Assembly (NCBI RefSeq): GCF_054482525.1
Contig: NZ_CM137006.1
Direction: 5' to 3' (one strand)
Length of the DNA: 64,000 bases
Shown: piece after piece, positions 43,062 through 54,954 of the stretch
Layout of the letters: the number at the start of each line of letters is the position of its first letter
Numbering within the stretch: position 1 is the first letter of the stretch
The notes under the pieces: model-generated
What the model was told of the DNA's origin: nothing
Database searches by the model: none
What the model saw: the letters and a program-made list of their open reading frames with translations, nothing else
Position numbers and translations under genes: made by a program

Positions 43062-43784
43062 TTAGCGCGTCGCCCAACCCTGTTTGTGCAAATAATCCAG
43101 TATAAATGGGCGGCTTTCTTTAATGATTGTTCGGCGGATATGATCGCTCCAGGTATCCCGGCGATTATTGCTGCCACGTGTGAGGTAATATTCCGCCAGT
43201 TGTTCGTCATACTGCGCCAGTGCGTCTTTATCCAGCGGTTGATAGTTGTTTTCATGCACCAAAATGGAGGCCGGTAAACGCGGCTTAAGATCCGGATTAT
43301 CCGCAGGCCAGCCAAGGCACAGCCCAAACAGCGGCAGAACATGCTGCGGTAATTTCAGCAGTTCCGTCACCGCTTCAATATTATTGCGCAGGCCGCCGAT
43401 ATATACCCCGCCCAATCCCAGCGATTCCGCTGCGGTTAACGCATTCTGCGCCATCATTGCTGTATCAACGACACCGAGCAACAGTTGCTCCGCCAGGCCA
43501 AGTTGTGCATCCGGACAGATCTGTAAATGGCGGTTAAAGTCGGCACAGAACACCCAGAACTCCGCCGCTTGCGCTACGTGTTTTTGCCCGCCGGTCAGCG
43601 TCACCAGTTCATCACGTAACGCTTTGTCGGTAATGCGAATAATGCTACTGCACTGCAAAAAACTGGAACTGGACGTCGCACGGGCGCTGTTAATAATCGC
43701 CTCACGCTGCGCTTCGGAAATGGGTTCATCAGTGAAATGGCGAATGGAGCGATGGCCACAAATAAGTTCAATGGTTGGCGTCAT
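43062..43784 (-). CDS. nfsA: Oxygen-insensitive NADPH nitroreductase NfsA
   Basis: 240 aa starting MTPTIELICGHRSIRHFTDEPI. Confidence 0.85.
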   Translation of the reverse strand: MTPTIELICGHRSIRHFTDEPISEAQREAIINSARATSSSSFLQCSSIIRITDKALRDELVTLTGGQKHVAQAAEFWVFCADFNRHLQICPDAQLGLAEQLLLGVVDTAMMAQNALTAAESLGLGGVYIGGLRNNIEAVTELLKLPQHVLPLFGLCLGWPADNPDLKPRLPASILVHENNYQPLDKDALAQYDEQLAEYYLTRGSNNRRDTWSDHIRRTIIKESRPFILDYLHKQGWATR

Positions 43785-44055
43785 TATCTTTTTCTCTTTC
43801 TGAACGTGAATATTGCGGTGGACGGTTCATCAGCTGTGGGGCAAGACGTTTTGCCACCTGAAGAATAACCACCACCGCAGCGGGAAGCATGAGCAAAACA
43901 CCGAGAAAAATCATCAGAATCTGCACTTCTGGCCGAGAAAATGGCTCAGGCAGCGACAGGGAGCCGCTTACCGACAGCAGCGCCACCGCCAGCAACATCA
44001 TTCCGATAAATTCCAGTATCAACACGCTTGTAGGCAATTTACCGATCGCGCGCAT
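43768..44055 (-). CDS. ybjC: Membrane protein YbjC
   Basis: 95 aa, overlapping upstream of nfsA. Confidence 0.7.
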   Translation of the reverse strand: MRAIGKLPTSVLILEFIGMMLLAVALLSVSGSLSLPEPFSRPEVQILMIFLGVLLMLPAAVVVILQVAKRLAPQLMNRPPQYSRSEREKDNDANH

Positions 44056-44214
44056 ACGCTTCCCTCTGCAAAGTGAGCCTTCAGTCTAAAACTTTTCACT
44101 GTATTGTGTTTAACAGTTATAGCTTTTAGCAATTAATGCAACAGGTTAAACCTACTTTCAGCGAATACATTTTAGCGTGATCATTACAGGCATAAATCTA
44201 TGAGGAGAGAAATA

Positions 44215-44472
44215 ATGCAAACCGTTATTTTTGGTCGTCCGGGTTGCCCTTACTGTGTGCGTGCAAAAGATCTGGCTGAGAAATTGAGCAATGAACGCGA
44301 TAATTTTCAGTATCAGTATGTTGATATTCGTGCGGAAGGGATCACTAAAGAAGATCTACAACAAAAGGCAGGTAAACCCGTAGAAACCGTGCCGCAGATT
44401 TTTGTCGATCAGCAACATATCGGCGGCTATACCGATTTTGCTGCATGGGTGAAAGAGAATCTGGACGCCTGA
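44215..44472 (+). CDS. grxA: Glutaredoxin 1
   Basis: 85 aa from MQTVIFGRPGCPYCVRAK with CPYC active site. Confidence 0.9.
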   Translation: MQTVIFGRPGCPYCVRAKDLAEKLSNERDNFQYQYVDIRAEGITKEDLQQKAGKPVETVPQIFVDQQHIGGYTDFAAWVKENLDA

Positions 44473-44501
44473 TCGTCTGACAAGCCCTCGCGTTGAGGGC
44501 T

Positions 44502-44879
44502 TTATTGATTTTTTCTGTGCTGTGGTTTAAACAAACTACTGATAAATAAGAAACACAGTGCCCCCAGCGCACACCAGAACACCGCACTCAATAACCATGC
44601 CAGCTCTTGCCAGAATGAGCGCGTCGGTGAAAAAAACAGCCGCATAATAAGCATTGAACAGGGTGCCGCCAGCATTGCGCCAAACAGAGGTTTCAGGACT
44701 TCTCTACGCTGTGAAAAGAAGCTGGCAACTGCTCCAGGAAGAATGAAAAACAGCAAGCCGATTTCAGGATGCCCGGCAGCCCGAAAAGCGCCTTTCATGT
44801 GCGTCGCCAGAAAAAGGCACACCACAATGAAGAGGACAAAACAGCAGATTGCCCCCGCCCAACGTTGTTTATGTTTCAC
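44502..44879 (-). CDS. ybjM: Inner membrane protein YbjM
   Basis: 125-aa membrane protein. Synteny. Confidence 0.7.
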   Translation of the reverse strand: MKHKQRWAGAICCFVLFIVVCLFLATHMKGAFRAAGHPEIGLLFFILPGAVASFFSQRREVLKPLFGAMLAAPCSMLIMRLFFSPTRSFWQELAWLLSAVFWCALGALCFLFISSLFKPQHRKNQ

Positions 44880-45148
44880 TCGTTCCTCCTGACACTGCGT
44901 CTATCGAACACATTTTTCGCCAGTGTGGCGTTCAGTAAGATAAAGCCGCTTCGCATTCCATGCTAATATAGGCCAACGCAATTCATATAGCCGTTGATAC
45001 CTAATGTGATTACACTAGTAAAATATATTGTTACTTTACTATCGTTTAGGTGCGCTGAATGAATCTGCGCCCTGAATTCTGGTAAAAAACATTATCGTAA
45101 ATTACCATTTCTTTCAACAGCTTACTAGTAAACAAGAAGTTAGCCTCC

Positions 45149-46834
45149 GTGAATATAAACGTCGCCGAATTGTTAAATGGGAATTACATTCTGTTATTAT
45201 TTGTGGTCCTCGCGCTTGGGCTATGTCTCGGAAAGTTACGACTTGGTTCGATCCAACTGGGTAATTCCATTGGCGTTTTAGTCGTATCGCTGTTATTAGG
45301 CCAACAACATTTCAGCATTAACACCGACGCGCTTAATCTTGGCTTTATGCTGTTTATTTTCTGCGTCGGGGTCGAAGCCGGACCGAACTTTTTTTCCATT
45401 TTTTTTCGCGATGGGAAAAATTATCTAATGTTAGCACTGGTGATGGTTGGCAGTGCGCTGGTCATCGCCTTAGGGTTAGGTAAGCTGTTTGGCTGGGATA
45501 TTGGCCTGACGGCCGGTATGTTAGCAGGATCTATGACGTCAACACCGGTTCTGGTCGGTGCTGGCGATACACTGCGTCATTCCGGCATGGAAAGCAGGCA
45601 GCTCTCACTGGCACTGGATAATCTGAGCCTCGGGTATGCCTTAACCTATTTAATCGGTCTGGTGAGTTTGATTGTTGGTGCGCGTTACTTGCCGAAATTG
45701 CAGCATCAGGACTTACAGACCAGCGCCCAGCAAATCGCCCGCGAACGTGGCCTGGACACAGATGCCAACCGTAAGGTTTATTTGCCGGTGATCCGCGCCT
45801 ACCGCGTCGGCCCGGAGCTGGTAGCCTGGACCGACGGCAAAAATCTGCGTGAACTGGGTATTTATCGACAAACCGGCTGCTACATTGAACGTATTCGACG
45901 TAACGGGATTCTGGCAAATCCAGACGGTGATGCCGTGCTACAAATGGGCGATGAAATAGCGTTGGTAGGCTACCCCGACGCCCACGCCCGACTCGATCCC
46001 AGCTTCCGTAACGGCAAAGAAGTTTTCGATCGTGACCTTCTCGACATGCGTATCGTCACTGAAGAAGTGGTCGTTAAAAACCATAACGCTGTTGGCAAAC
46101 GCCTGGCACAACTGAAGTTGACCGATCACGGTTGCTTCCTTAACCGCGTCATTCGTAGCCAGATTGAGATGCCGATAGATGACAACGTCGTGCTTAACAA
46201 AGGTGACGTTTTACAAGTCAGCGGCGATGCCCGTCGCGTAAAAACCATCGCCGATCGCATCGGCTTTATCTCGATTCACAGCCAGGTCACTGACTTGCTG
46301 GCATTCTGCGCCTTCTTTGTTATTGGGCTGATGATCGGGATGATCACCTTCCAGTTCAGCACATTCAGTTTCGGCATGGGGAACGCTGCCGGGTTGTTAT
46401 TCGCCGGAATTATGCTGGGCTTTATGCGTGCTAACCACCCGACCTTCGGTTACATTCCGCAAGGTGCATTAAGCATGGTGAAAGAGTTCGGCTTGATGGT
46501 GTTTATGGCAGGCGTTGGTCTGAGCGCCGGTAGCGGTATTAATAACGGCCTGGGCGCGATTGGCGGTCAGATGTTGATTGCCGGATTGATTGTCAGTCTG
46601 GTGCCCGTGGTTATCTGCTTCTTGTTCGGTGCTTATGTATTGCGAATGAACCGCGCACTGTTGTTTGGCGCAATGATGGGCGCACGCACCTGCGCGCCGG
46701 CAATGGAGATCATCAGTGATACAGCTCGCAGTAACATCCCGGCGCTGGGCTATGCGGGCACCTACGCAATCGCCAACGTCCTGCTGACGCTGGCAGGGAC
46801 AATCATCGTCATGGTATGGCCAGGATTAGGATAA
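45149..46834 (+). CDS. ybjL: Putative transporter YbjL (AAE family with TrkA-C domains)
   Basis: 561-aa polytopic membrane protein. Synteny. Confidence 0.8.
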
Positions 46835-46878
46835 AACTGAAGTTGCCCTGAAAATGAAATTTTTTTTTGCACAACCGC

Positions 46879-46912
46879 AGAACTTTTCCGCAGGGCATCA
46901 GTCTTAATTAGT
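46879..46912 (+). promoter_or_regulatory. Putative sigmaE promoter of rybB
   Basis: GAACTT (-35 like) and TCTTA (-10 like) with sigmaE-type spacing, directly upstream of the RybB 5' end. Confidence 0.5.
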
Positions 46913-46991
46913 GCCACTGCTTTTCTTTGATGTCCCCATTTTGTGGAGCCCATCAACCCCGCCATTTTGGTTCAAGGTTGGTGGGTTTTTT
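46913..46991 (+). ncRNA. rybB: sigmaE-dependent small RNA RybB
   Basis: GCCACTGCTTTTCTTTGATGTCCCCATTTTGTGGAGCCCATCAACCCCGCC...GGGTTTTTT matches the RybB sequence as I recall it, in its known position between ybjL and rcdA. Ends in a terminator hairpin plus T-run. Confidence 0.8.
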
Positions 46992-47010
46992 GTTGCCTGA
47001 AATTTATCTA

Positions 47011-47547
47011 CTACCCTGCAACCCTCTCAACCATCCTCAAAATCTCCTCGCGCGATAGCGGCTTACGGTCGGTGACAAAATGCAGCGTCATCCCCTCAAT
47101 AAACGCATCAAGCGCGCGTGCGGTTCCGGGTTCAAACCATTGTTCGAGCGTTTGCTGACTGCGCTGCATCCAGTTTTGCATTACCGTTTTTAATAGCGGT
47201 TTTCGGCTAGCCAGCGCGTAGAGCTGGTACATCAGCTCCATGTTATCCGGCGTTGCAACCTGTGAGCTGTATATCATATCGGTGATAGCCTGGCATGCGC
47301 CCGTAGCATCACTAACATCGCTAAAAAATGCCTGATATTGCCGGGACATGATCTCAGTAAAACTGCTGAACGCCTCCAGCAATAACTCATCAATTCCTGA
47401 AAAATAGTAGGTCATCGACCCCAACGGTACCCCGGCAAGGGTAGCAATTTTGCGGTGCGTAACAGCATGTATTCCATAAAGTTTCACCGCCTCCAGCGTG
47501 GCCTGGATAATTTTTTCTCGCCGTTGCGGATCGTTAGCGCGACGCAT
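47011..47547 (-). CDS. rcdA: TetR-family regulator RcdA (YbjK)
   Basis: 178 aa from [14 protein letters not shown] with TetR-type HTH. Confidence 0.8.
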   Translation of the reverse strand: MRRANDPQRREKIIQATLEAVKLYGIHAVTHRKIATLAGVPLGSMTYYFSGIDELLLEAFSSFTEIMSRQYQAFFSDVSDATGACQAITDMIYSSQVATPDNMELMYQLYALASRKPLLKTVMQNWMQRSQQTLEQWFEPGTARALDAFIEGMTLHFVTDRKPLSREEILRMVERVAG

Positions 47548-47630
47548 GTCATTTCCTCTCTCTGCAATTGTGTACAAATGTACACAACCTTGCTAATGTT
47601 GTCTTCCCTCTCCTTATTTTGACGTGATCT

Positions 47631-48839
47631 ATGACCGTAAATTCTTCACGTAATGCATTGAAACGCCGAACCTGGGCGCTGTTTATGTTCTTCTTTTTGC
47701 CGGGCCTGTTAATGGCGTCCTGGGCAACCCGTACGCCTGCTATCCGCGATATTCTTTCTGTTTCGATCGCTGAAATGGGCGGAGTCCTCTTTGGTCTGTC
47801 GATCGGTTCAATGAGCGGTATTCTCTGCTCGGCGTGGTTAGTGAAACGCTTTGGCACGCGTAATGTCATCCTGGTCACGATGTCCTGCGCATTGATCGGG
47901 ATGATGATACTAAGTCTGGCACTCTGGCTGACATCGCCCCTGCTCTTCGCGGTTGGTCTCGGCGTCTTTGGGGCAAGTTTTGGTTCTGCGGAAGTGGCGA
48001 TAAACGTTGAAGGTGCTGCCGTTGAGCGAGAAATGAATAAGACGGTTTTGCCGATGATGCACGGTTTTTATAGCCTGGGCACGCTGGCAGGCGCTGGTGT
48101 CGGGATGGCACTGACGGCCTTTGGCGTTCCGGCAACGGTGCACATTTTATTGGCGGCGCTGGTAGGTATCGCGCCTATTTATATCGCCATTCAGGCAATC
48201 CCTGACGGTACGGGCAAAAATGCTGCCGATGGCACCCAGCATGGCGAAAAAGGCGTTCCTTTTTATCGCGATATCCAGTTGCTGCTGATTGGTGTTGTGG
48301 TGCTGGCGATGGCCTTTGCCGAAGGTTCTGCCAACGACTGGTTACCCTTATTAATGGTTGACGGTCACGGTTTTAGCCCTACTTCCGGCTCGCTGATTTA
48401 TGCCGGTTTTACCCTGGGGATGACCGTTGGACGCTTCACTGGCGGTTGGTTCATCGACCGTTACAGTCGCGTTGCCGTGGTTCGGGCCAGTGCACTAATG
48501 GGGGCGTTGGGTATTGGGCTGATTATTTTTGTCGATAGCGCCTGGGTCGCTGGGGTGTCTGTTGTACTCTGGGGACTGGGTGCCTCGCTGGGCTTCCCGC
48601 TGACCATTTCTGCCGCCAGCGATACCGGCCCCGATGCACCAACCCGCGTCAGTGTGGTAGCAACGACCGGTTATCTGGCTTTCCTCGTCGGGCCGCCGCT
48701 GCTGGGCTATCTCGGCGAACATTATGGATTACGTAGTGCAATGCTGGTTGTACTGGCGCTGGTTATTCTCGCGGCTATTGTCGCGAAAGCCGTCGCCAAA
48801 CCCGATACCAAAACGCAGACGGCGATGGAGAATAGTTGA
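47631..48839 (+). CDS. ybjJ: MFS transporter YbjJ
   Basis: 402 aa, 12-TM-like. Synteny. Confidence 0.8.
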
Positions 48840-49654
48840 TGAGCATTAAATTAATTGCGGTAGACATGGATGGTACTTTCTTAAGCGATCAAAAAACCTA
48901 TAACCGTGAGCGGTTTATGGCTCAGTATCAGCAAATGAAAGCACAAGGCATTCGCTTTGTGGTCGCCAGCGGGAATCAATATTATCAGTTGATCTCTTTC
49001 TTTCCGGAAATTGCTAATGAAATAGCCTTTGTGGCTGAAAACGGCGGCTGGGTAGTGAGCGAAGGCAAAGATGTTTTTAATGGCGAGCTGTCGAAGGATG
49101 CGTTTGCTACTGTCGTGGAACATTTGCTGACGCGCCCGGAAGTGGAAATTATTGCCTGCGGAAAAAATAGCGCCTATACCCTCAAAAAATATGACGATGC
49201 CATGAAAACGGTGGCGGAAATGTATTATCACCGTCTGGAATACGTCGATAACTTTGACAACGTAGAAGATATCTTCTTTAAGTTTGGTCTGAATCTTTCC
49301 GATGAACTGATTCCACAAGTACAAAAAGCATTACATGAGGCCATCGGCGATATTATGGTGCCGGTCCACACCGGCAACGGCAGCATCGATCTGATTATCC
49401 CCGGCGTACACAAAGCCAATGGCCTTCGCCAACTGCAGAAATTATGGGGAATAGACGACAGCGAAGTGGTGGTCTTTGGCGATGGCGGTAACGATATTGA
49501 GATGCTGCGTCAGGCAGGCTTTAGTTTTGCAATGGAAAATGCCGGCAGCGCGGTCGTCGCAGCGGCAAAATACCGGGCAGGCTCCAATAACCGTGAAGGC
49601 GTACTGGATGTGATCGATAAAGTTCTTAAACACGAAGCGCCATTTAACCAATAA
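48839..49654 (+). CDS. ybjI: HAD-superfamily phosphatase YbjI
   Basis: 271 aa with Cof-type motifs (DMDGT near the N-terminus, GDGGND near the C-terminus). Confidence 0.8.
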   Translation: MSIKLIAVDMDGTFLSDQKTYNRERFMAQYQQMKAQGIRFVVASGNQYYQLISFFPEIANEIAFVAENGGWVVSEGKDVFNGELSKDAFATVVEHLLTRPEVEIIACGKNSAYTLKKYDDAMKTVAEMYYHRLEYVDNFDNVEDIFFKFGLNLSDELIPQVQKALHEAIGDIMVPVHTGNGSIDLIIPGVHKANGLRQLQKLWGIDDSEVVVFGDGGNDIEMLRQAGFSFAMENAGSAVVAAAKYRAGSNNREGVLDVIDKVLKHEAPFNQ

Positions 49655-49739
49655 AAACGGCAGCACGCCCGGCAACACAATGCCTGAATGAAGGCTGCAT
49701 AATTCGCGGAAATTAACCCGCTGCATTATTTCAGGCGAA

Positions 49740-50024
49740 ATGATTATGAAAAATTGTCTACTGTTGGGCGCGCTTTTAATGGGCTTTACTGGTGTGGCGA
49801 TGGCGCAAAGTGTCACCGTCGATGTGCCGAGTGGATACAAAGTGGTTGTGGTTCCTGATTCAGTCAGCGTTCCACAAGCGGTCAGCGTCGCGACTGTGCC
49901 GCAAACCGTCTATGTGGCTCCTGCGCCAGCTCCGGCTTACCGCCCGCATCCTTATGTTCGCCATCTTGCCAGCGTCGGTGAAGGGATGGTTATCGAACAC
50001 CAGATTGACGACCATCACCATTAA
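49740..50024 (+). CDS. ybjH: Small secreted protein YbjH
   Basis: 94 aa with signal peptide. Synteny. Confidence 0.65.
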   Translation: MIMKNCLLLGALLMGFTGVAMAQSVTVDVPSGYKVVVVPDSVSVPQAVSVATVPQTVYVAPAPAPAYRPHPYVRHLASVGEGMVIEHQIDDHHH

Positions 50025-50064
50025 TTCGAGAATGCCTGATCGCACAAAGCAATCAGGCATTTTT

Positions 50065-51297
50065 TTACCCTTCGTGCGAATTTCCCATCTGTTTATCTTT
50101 TAAAAAGATAACCATCAGCAACAGCCACAAAATTCCGTTGACAAGGTTGAAGAGATTAAACAGTCCGTTGCCCCCGTTCAGCCAGGCATGTTTGCTGATT
50201 TCAATACCGACGGTAAAGATCAGCATTTGCAGCATCCCCATCGCCGCAGAAACCGTACCTTTACTCATATCGCTGGCAAACAAGGTTAATCGCACCAGTC
50301 CCGCATTCGCCAGACCAATACCGAAAGCATAAATACTTAACCCGGCGGTCATCCATAAATACGCGTGCGATGAGATAACCGTTGCCGCAGCAGCGACCAA
50401 CAGACCAATCATAATCGGCCAGCCGCCCATAATAATCAGCGAACGTACGGTGCGACGCGAGGTCAGACGCGCTAACAGCAAGTTACCCGCAATTAACGCC
50501 CCGAAAATAGGCACTTGCAGCAAGCCATATTCATAGCTGCTCAACTGCTCACCGGTAATGATGATAATCGGCGACTGAGCGATCCACGCCAGCAACGGCA
50601 GGCTAACGAATCCCAGCGCCAGCGCCCCCGCAACAAAGCGACCGTTCTTCAGCACCAGCTTATAGTCACGACCGAGTTCTTTCAGCGACAGTTTCTCGCC
50701 TATACGCGTGGCGGTTTCAGGCATGGCTCGTTGCAGACCGAAAAAGGAGATCGCTGCCAATGCGGCAAACAAGACAAACATCCCTTCCCAGGGCAGCACA
50801 TGGATCCACGCCGCGCCCACCAGCGGGCCAAGTAGTGGAGCAATCAGCGCCACGTTCGCCATCAGCGCGGTGATCTTGATACAAACCGCCTCTTCGAAGG
50901 ATTCCTGAATTGCGGCGTATCCCACAGCGCCAATGAAACAGAGGCTTATGCCCTGCAAGAAGCGCAACAGGGTGAATTGTTCAATGTTTTGCGCCAGTAA
51001 TATTGCCAGACAGGTGATGATAAACCACACCACCCCCGCCAGCATCACCGGACGGCGACCAATACGATCCGACAGCGGCCCCAGGAGCCATTGTAAAAAC
51101 ATCCCGCCCGCCAGATACGCGGTCATCGAAGTAGGAACCCAATCAATGCCCGCCTGATATTGTTCCACCACGGCCAACATACCGGGTTGAATCATATCGT
51201 TGCCGATATAGGTTGAAAATTCGTAAAGCACCAGACAGAGAGGGAAAAGTAACGCCTGACGTCCAAGCCTGGCACCGGAAGCTAATTTATTTTGCAT
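50065..51297 (-). CDS. mdfA: Multidrug efflux MFS transporter MdfA (Cmr)
   Basis: 410 aa from [27 protein letters not shown]. Confidence 0.9.
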   Translation of the reverse strand: MQNKLASGARLGRQALLFPLCLVLYEFSTYIGNDMIQPGMLAVVEQYQAGIDWVPTSMTAYLAGGMFLQWLLGPLSDRIGRRPVMLAGVVWFIITCLAILLAQNIEQFTLLRFLQGISLCFIGAVGYAAIQESFEEAVCIKITALMANVALIAPLLGPLVGAAWIHVLPWEGMFVLFAALAAISFFGLQRAMPETATRIGEKLSLKELGRDYKLVLKNGRFVAGALALGFVSLPLLAWIAQSPIIIITGEQLSSYEYGLLQVPIFGALIAGNLLLARLTSRRTVRSLIIMGGWPIMIGLLVAAAATVISSHAYLWMTAGLSIYAFGIGLANAGLVRLTLFASDMSKGTVSAAMGMLQMLIFTVGIEISKHAWLNGGNGLFNLFNLVNGILWLLLMVIFLKDKQMGNSHEG

Positions 51298-51581
51298 GCA
51301 ATTTCTTCGCCAATAATAATCGCGCAAAGTTTAATAAAAGCGCAGCTAACGAGAAAGCGAATTTTGTAGCTGAAACCACGGTTAAGCACATTCTTACATT
51401 ATCGCGAGTATAGCTACGCTTTCTTTAAGTTTTATTTAACCTATGCCCGTTACAATCACCCACCGTAAACAGGCCGCTTGAGGGAAATAAGACGATGCCG
51501 CTTTACCCAGTTTAACCTGCACTTTATTCTCAACGACTTGCCTGTATTGGCTCCCTTTTAATCACTTTGCGTCGGGAAGTT

Positions 51582-52178
51582 ATGCTGGAAAATTTGAATC
51601 TCTCTCTATTCTCTCTTATTAACGCGACGCCAGACTCTGCGCCGTGGATGATCTCGTTGGCGATTTTTATTGCTAAAGATTTGATTACCGTGGTGCCGTT
51701 GCTGGCCGCGGTACTTTGGCTGTGGGGGCTTACAGCACAACGGCAACTGGTGATAAAAATCGCTATCGCGCTGGCGGTCAGCCTGTTTGTGTCCTGGACG
51801 ATGGGGCATCTTTTTCCGCACGACCGACCCTTTGTCGAAAATATCGGCTATAACTTCCTGCATCATGCGGCGGATGACTCATTCCCGAGCGATCACGGTA
51901 CGGTGATTTTCACCTTTGCACTGGCATTTTTATGCTGGCATCGCCTGTGGTCCGGCTCACTTTTAATGGTGCTGGCCGTCGTCATTGCCTGGTCGCGCGT
52001 TTATCTTGGCGTCCACTGGCCGCTGGATATGCTCGGTGGATTGCTGGCAGGTATGATTGGCTGCCTTAGCGCCCAGATTATCTGGCAAGCGATGGGGCAT
52101 AAACTCTATCAACGTCTGCAATCGTGGTATCGCTTCTGTTTTGCATTACCGATCCGCAAAGGCTGGGTGCGTGACTGA
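51582..52178 (+). CDS. ybjG: Undecaprenyl-pyrophosphate phosphatase YbjG (PAP2 family)
   Basis: 198 aa from MLENLNLSLF with PAP2 motifs (PSDHG, SRVYLGVH). Confidence 0.8.
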   Translation: MLENLNLSLFSLINATPDSAPWMISLAIFIAKDLITVVPLLAAVLWLWGLTAQRQLVIKIAIALAVSLFVSWTMGHLFPHDRPFVENIGYNFLHHAADDSFPSDHGTVIFTFALAFLCWHRLWSGSLLMVLAVVIAWSRVYLGVHWPLDMLGGLLAGMIGCLSAQIIWQAMGHKLYQRLQSWYRFCFALPIRKGWVRD

Positions 52179-52235
52179 TCTCTGCTAAAAAGTGTAGTAT
52201 TGAGCGGCTCGCTTCAATAACTATTCAGAGGGATT

Positions 52236-52994
52236 ATGGAAACACGTCGCGAAGAGCGTATCGGGCAGCTGCTGCAAGAATTAAAACGCAGCGATAAGTT
52301 ACATCTTAAAGACGCCGCCGCCCTGCTTGGGGTTTCGGAGATGACGATTCGTCGCGATCTGAACAACCACAGTGCGCCCGTCGTTTTGCTCGGCGGCTAT
52401 ATTGTTCTGGAACCGCGCAGCGCCAGCCATTACCTGTTAAGCGATCAAAAATCCCGCCTGGTGGAAGAAAAACGCCGGGCGGCAAAACTGGCTGCGACGC
52501 TGGTAGAACCCGATCAGACCCTCTTTTTTGACTGTGGCACCACCACGCCGTGGATTATTGAAGCGATTGATAATGAAATCCCTTTCACCGCCGTTTGTTA
52601 TTCGCTAAATACCTTTCTGGCACTGAAAGAGAAACCCCATTGCCGCGCGTTTCTTTGCGGTGGTGAATTTCACGCCAGCAACGCCATTTTCAAACCCATC
52701 GATTTTCAGCAAACGCTGAATAATTTTTGCCCGGATATCGCTTTTTATTCCGCTGCGGGCGTGCATGTCAGTAAAGGCGCTACCTGCTTTAATCTTGAAG
52801 AGTTGCCGGTAAAACACTGGGCCATGTCGATGGCGCAAAAGCATGTGCTGGTTGTCGACCACAGTAAATTTGGCAAGGTGCGTCCGGCGCGCATGGGTGA
52901 CCTGAAACGCTTTGATATTGTTGTGAGCGATTGTTGCCCGGAAGATGAGTATGTGAAGTACGCGCAGACGCAGCGTATTAAGTTGATGTATTAA
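52236..52994 (+). CDS. deoR: Deoxyribose operon repressor DeoR
   Basis: 252-aa DeoR-family HTH protein. Synteny. Confidence 0.85.
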   Translation: METRREERIGQLLQELKRSDKLHLKDAAALLGVSEMTIRRDLNNHSAPVVLLGGYIVLEPRSASHYLLSDQKSRLVEEKRRAAKLAATLVEPDQTLFFDCGTTTPWIIEAIDNEIPFTAVCYSLNTFLALKEKPHCRAFLCGGEFHASNAIFKPIDFQQTLNNFCPDIAFYSAAGVHVSKGATCFNLEELPVKHWAMSMAQKHVLVVDHSKFGKVRPARMGDLKRFDIVVSDCCPEDEYVKYAQTQRIKLMY

Positions 52995-53044
52995 CAACGA
53001 ATAAATATCCTCCGGCATAGCCGGAGGTTTTTCAAATGCGCCTA

Positions 53045-53750
53045 TAAGGCTCTCTTACCAGCCGCGCCCTAACAGGCGCACACGATCTGACATTTGCATC
53101 CAACTTCGTTACTTACGGCCCGTAAACGGGCTGCCCGGATAGGGAATCGATAACTGCTCTCCCATTTTATCCTCTTCAAGCTGGTGCTTTATGTAATCCT
53201 GTATCTTCGCCGTGTTCTTACCCACCGTATCGACGTAGTACCCTCTGCACCAGAACTCCCTGTTCCTGTATTTGAATTTCAAATCACCAAACTGCTCGTA
53301 AAGCATCAGACTGCTTTTCCCTTTCAGATATCCCATAAAGCCGGATACGCTCATTTTGGGCGGGATCTCCACAAGCATATGGATATGATCTGCACAGCAT
53401 TCAGCTTCCAGAATCCGTACACTTTTCCACTCACACAGCTTTCTCAAAATACTGCCTATTGCTCTACGCTTCTCTCTGTAGAACACCTGTCTTCGGTATT
53501 TTGGCGCAAAAACTATGTGATATTTACAGTTCCATCGGGTGTGCGCTAAGCTCTTTTCGTTCCCCATTGGGACCCCCTTTTGATTTCTTGTTTGACACTT
53601 GCAGTTGCCAGACCGCAAGGTGTTTTAACAAATCAAAAGGGGTTTTAATAACTGGCTTAAAGCTGAAAGCTTTCCGGAACCCCCAGCCTAGCTGGGGGTT
53701 TTCTGTGCACAATAACCGGATGACGTTTCGCGCCATCCGGCTATCAGAAG
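53045..53750 (-). mobile_element. IS200 (IS200/IS605 family) insertion between deoR and dacC
   Basis: Complete Y1 HUH transposase gene flanked by about 60-180 bp of structured DNA, including the hairpin AACCCCCAGCCTAGCTGGGGGTT upstream of tnpA. Element ends are approximate. Confidence 0.65.
53109..53567 (-). CDS. tnpA: IS200 transposase TnpA (Y1 HUH)
   Basis: 152 aa from MGNEKSLAHTRWNCKYHIVFAPKYRR with HxH motif ADHIHML and C-terminal catalytic tyrosine region. Near-identical to IS200 TnpA as I recall it. Confidence 0.85.
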   Translation of the reverse strand: MGNEKSLAHTRWNCKYHIVFAPKYRRQVFYREKRRAIGSILRKLCEWKSVRILEAECCADHIHMLVEIPPKMSVSGFMGYLKGKSSLMLYEQFGDLKFKYRNREFWCRGYYVDTVGKNTAKIQDYIKHQLEEDKMGEQLSIPYPGSPFTGRK

Positions 53751-53751
53751 A

Positions 53752-54954
53752 TTAAGAGAACCAGCTGCCGAACCACTGATGGAATTTCATCATCACGAAA
53801 TCCCACATCCGACCAAAGAATCCGCCCTCTTCCACATTTTCCATCACGATTAGCGGACGCTGCTCAATGGATTTACCGTTAAGCTGGAAATCAATGGTGC
53901 CAACAACCTGACCTTTTTTCAGCGGTGCGGTAAGCTGCGGTTCCGTTAACGTGTAGCTCGCTTTCAGGTTTTTCAGCTGCCCACGCGGTATGGTCACTGA
54001 TCCCGCTTCGCCTGCCCCGAGATTCACTTCGCTCTTATCACCAAACCAGACGCGCTGAGTCACAAAGGTGGCATCAGGTTTAATTGGCGTCACGGTTTCA
54101 AAGAAGCGGAAACCCCAGGTCAATAATTTCTCAGACTCATTAAAACGGATACGGTCAGTTTTCGCACCCAGTACTACGGAGATCAAACGCATATCGCCCT
54201 GGGTAGCCGAAGCAACCAGATTATATCCCGCGCCTGCCGTGGTTCCTGTCTTCATGCCATCAACATTCAGATTGCTGCTCCACAGCAGACGGTTACGGTT
54301 AGGCTGACGAATTTTGTTGAAGGTGAACTCTTTCTCTTTATGAATGGCATACTCTTCCGGCACATCGTGGATCAATGCTTTACCCAGCAATGCCATATCG
54401 CGCGCGGTACTGAACTGCCCCGGCGCATCCAGACCGTGCACCGTCTGGAAGGTAGTGTTGGTCAGACCCAGTTTTTTGGCATAACCATTCATCAGACCAA
54501 TAAATGACTCCTGGCTCCCGGCAACGTAATCGGCCAGCGCAATACAGGCGTCATTACCGGACTGGATAATCACACCTTTGTTCAAGTCTGCCACCGAAAC
54601 CTGATCGCCCGGTTTGAGGAACATTACCGATGAACCACGCAGTGCCGGATTTCCCGTCGCCCAGGCATCTTTACCGACCGTCACCATATCGGTGAGTTTA
54701 ATCTTATCGGCCTTAAGCGCCTGCCCAACCACATAGCTGGTCATGATTTTAGTCAGGCTCGCGGGGTCCAGTTTCTCATCCGCATTGCCTTCTGCCAGCA
54801 CTTTACCGCTGGCGTAATCCATTAAAATCCATGCACGCGCATCCACGCTCGGCGCTTCAACGGTTTGTTCCGCCGCGAATGCCGTTGGGGCAAAAAGGAA
54901 TAAAAATGCAGAACCCGCTGCAAGACCACGAAGGAGAGAGGAGTATTGCGTCAT
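53752..54954 (-). CDS. dacC: D-alanyl-D-alanine carboxypeptidase DacC (PBP6)
   Basis: 400 aa from [17 protein letters not shown] with SxxK (SLTK) and SGN motifs. Confidence 0.85.
   Translation of the reverse strand: MTQYSSLLRGLAAGSAFLFLFAPTAFAAEQTVEAPSVDARAWILMDYASGKVLAEGNADEKLDPASLTKIMTSYVVGQALKADKIKLTDMVTVGKDAWATGNPALRGSSVMFLKPGDQVSVADLNKGVIIQSGNDACIALADYVAGSQESFIGLMNGYAKKLGLTNTTFQTVHGLDAPGQFSTARDMALLGKALIHDVPEEYAIHKEKEFTFNKIRQPNRNRLLWSSNLNVDGMKTGTTAGAGYNLVASATQGDMRLISVVLGAKTDRIRFNESEKLLTWGFRFFETVTPIKPDATFVTQRVWFGDKSEVNLGAGEAGSVTIPRGQLKNLKASYTLTEPQLTAPLKKGQVVGTIDFQLNGKSIEQRPLIVMENVEEGGFFGRMWDFVMMKFHQWFGSWFS

Noticed and set aside
53010-53034. Hairpin CCTCCGGCATAGCCGGAGG plus T-run as part of the IS200 right end
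   Set aside because: It lies directly after the deoR stop and is more simply the deoR intrinsic terminator. IS200 boundaries were therefore placed inside it, but remain approximate.
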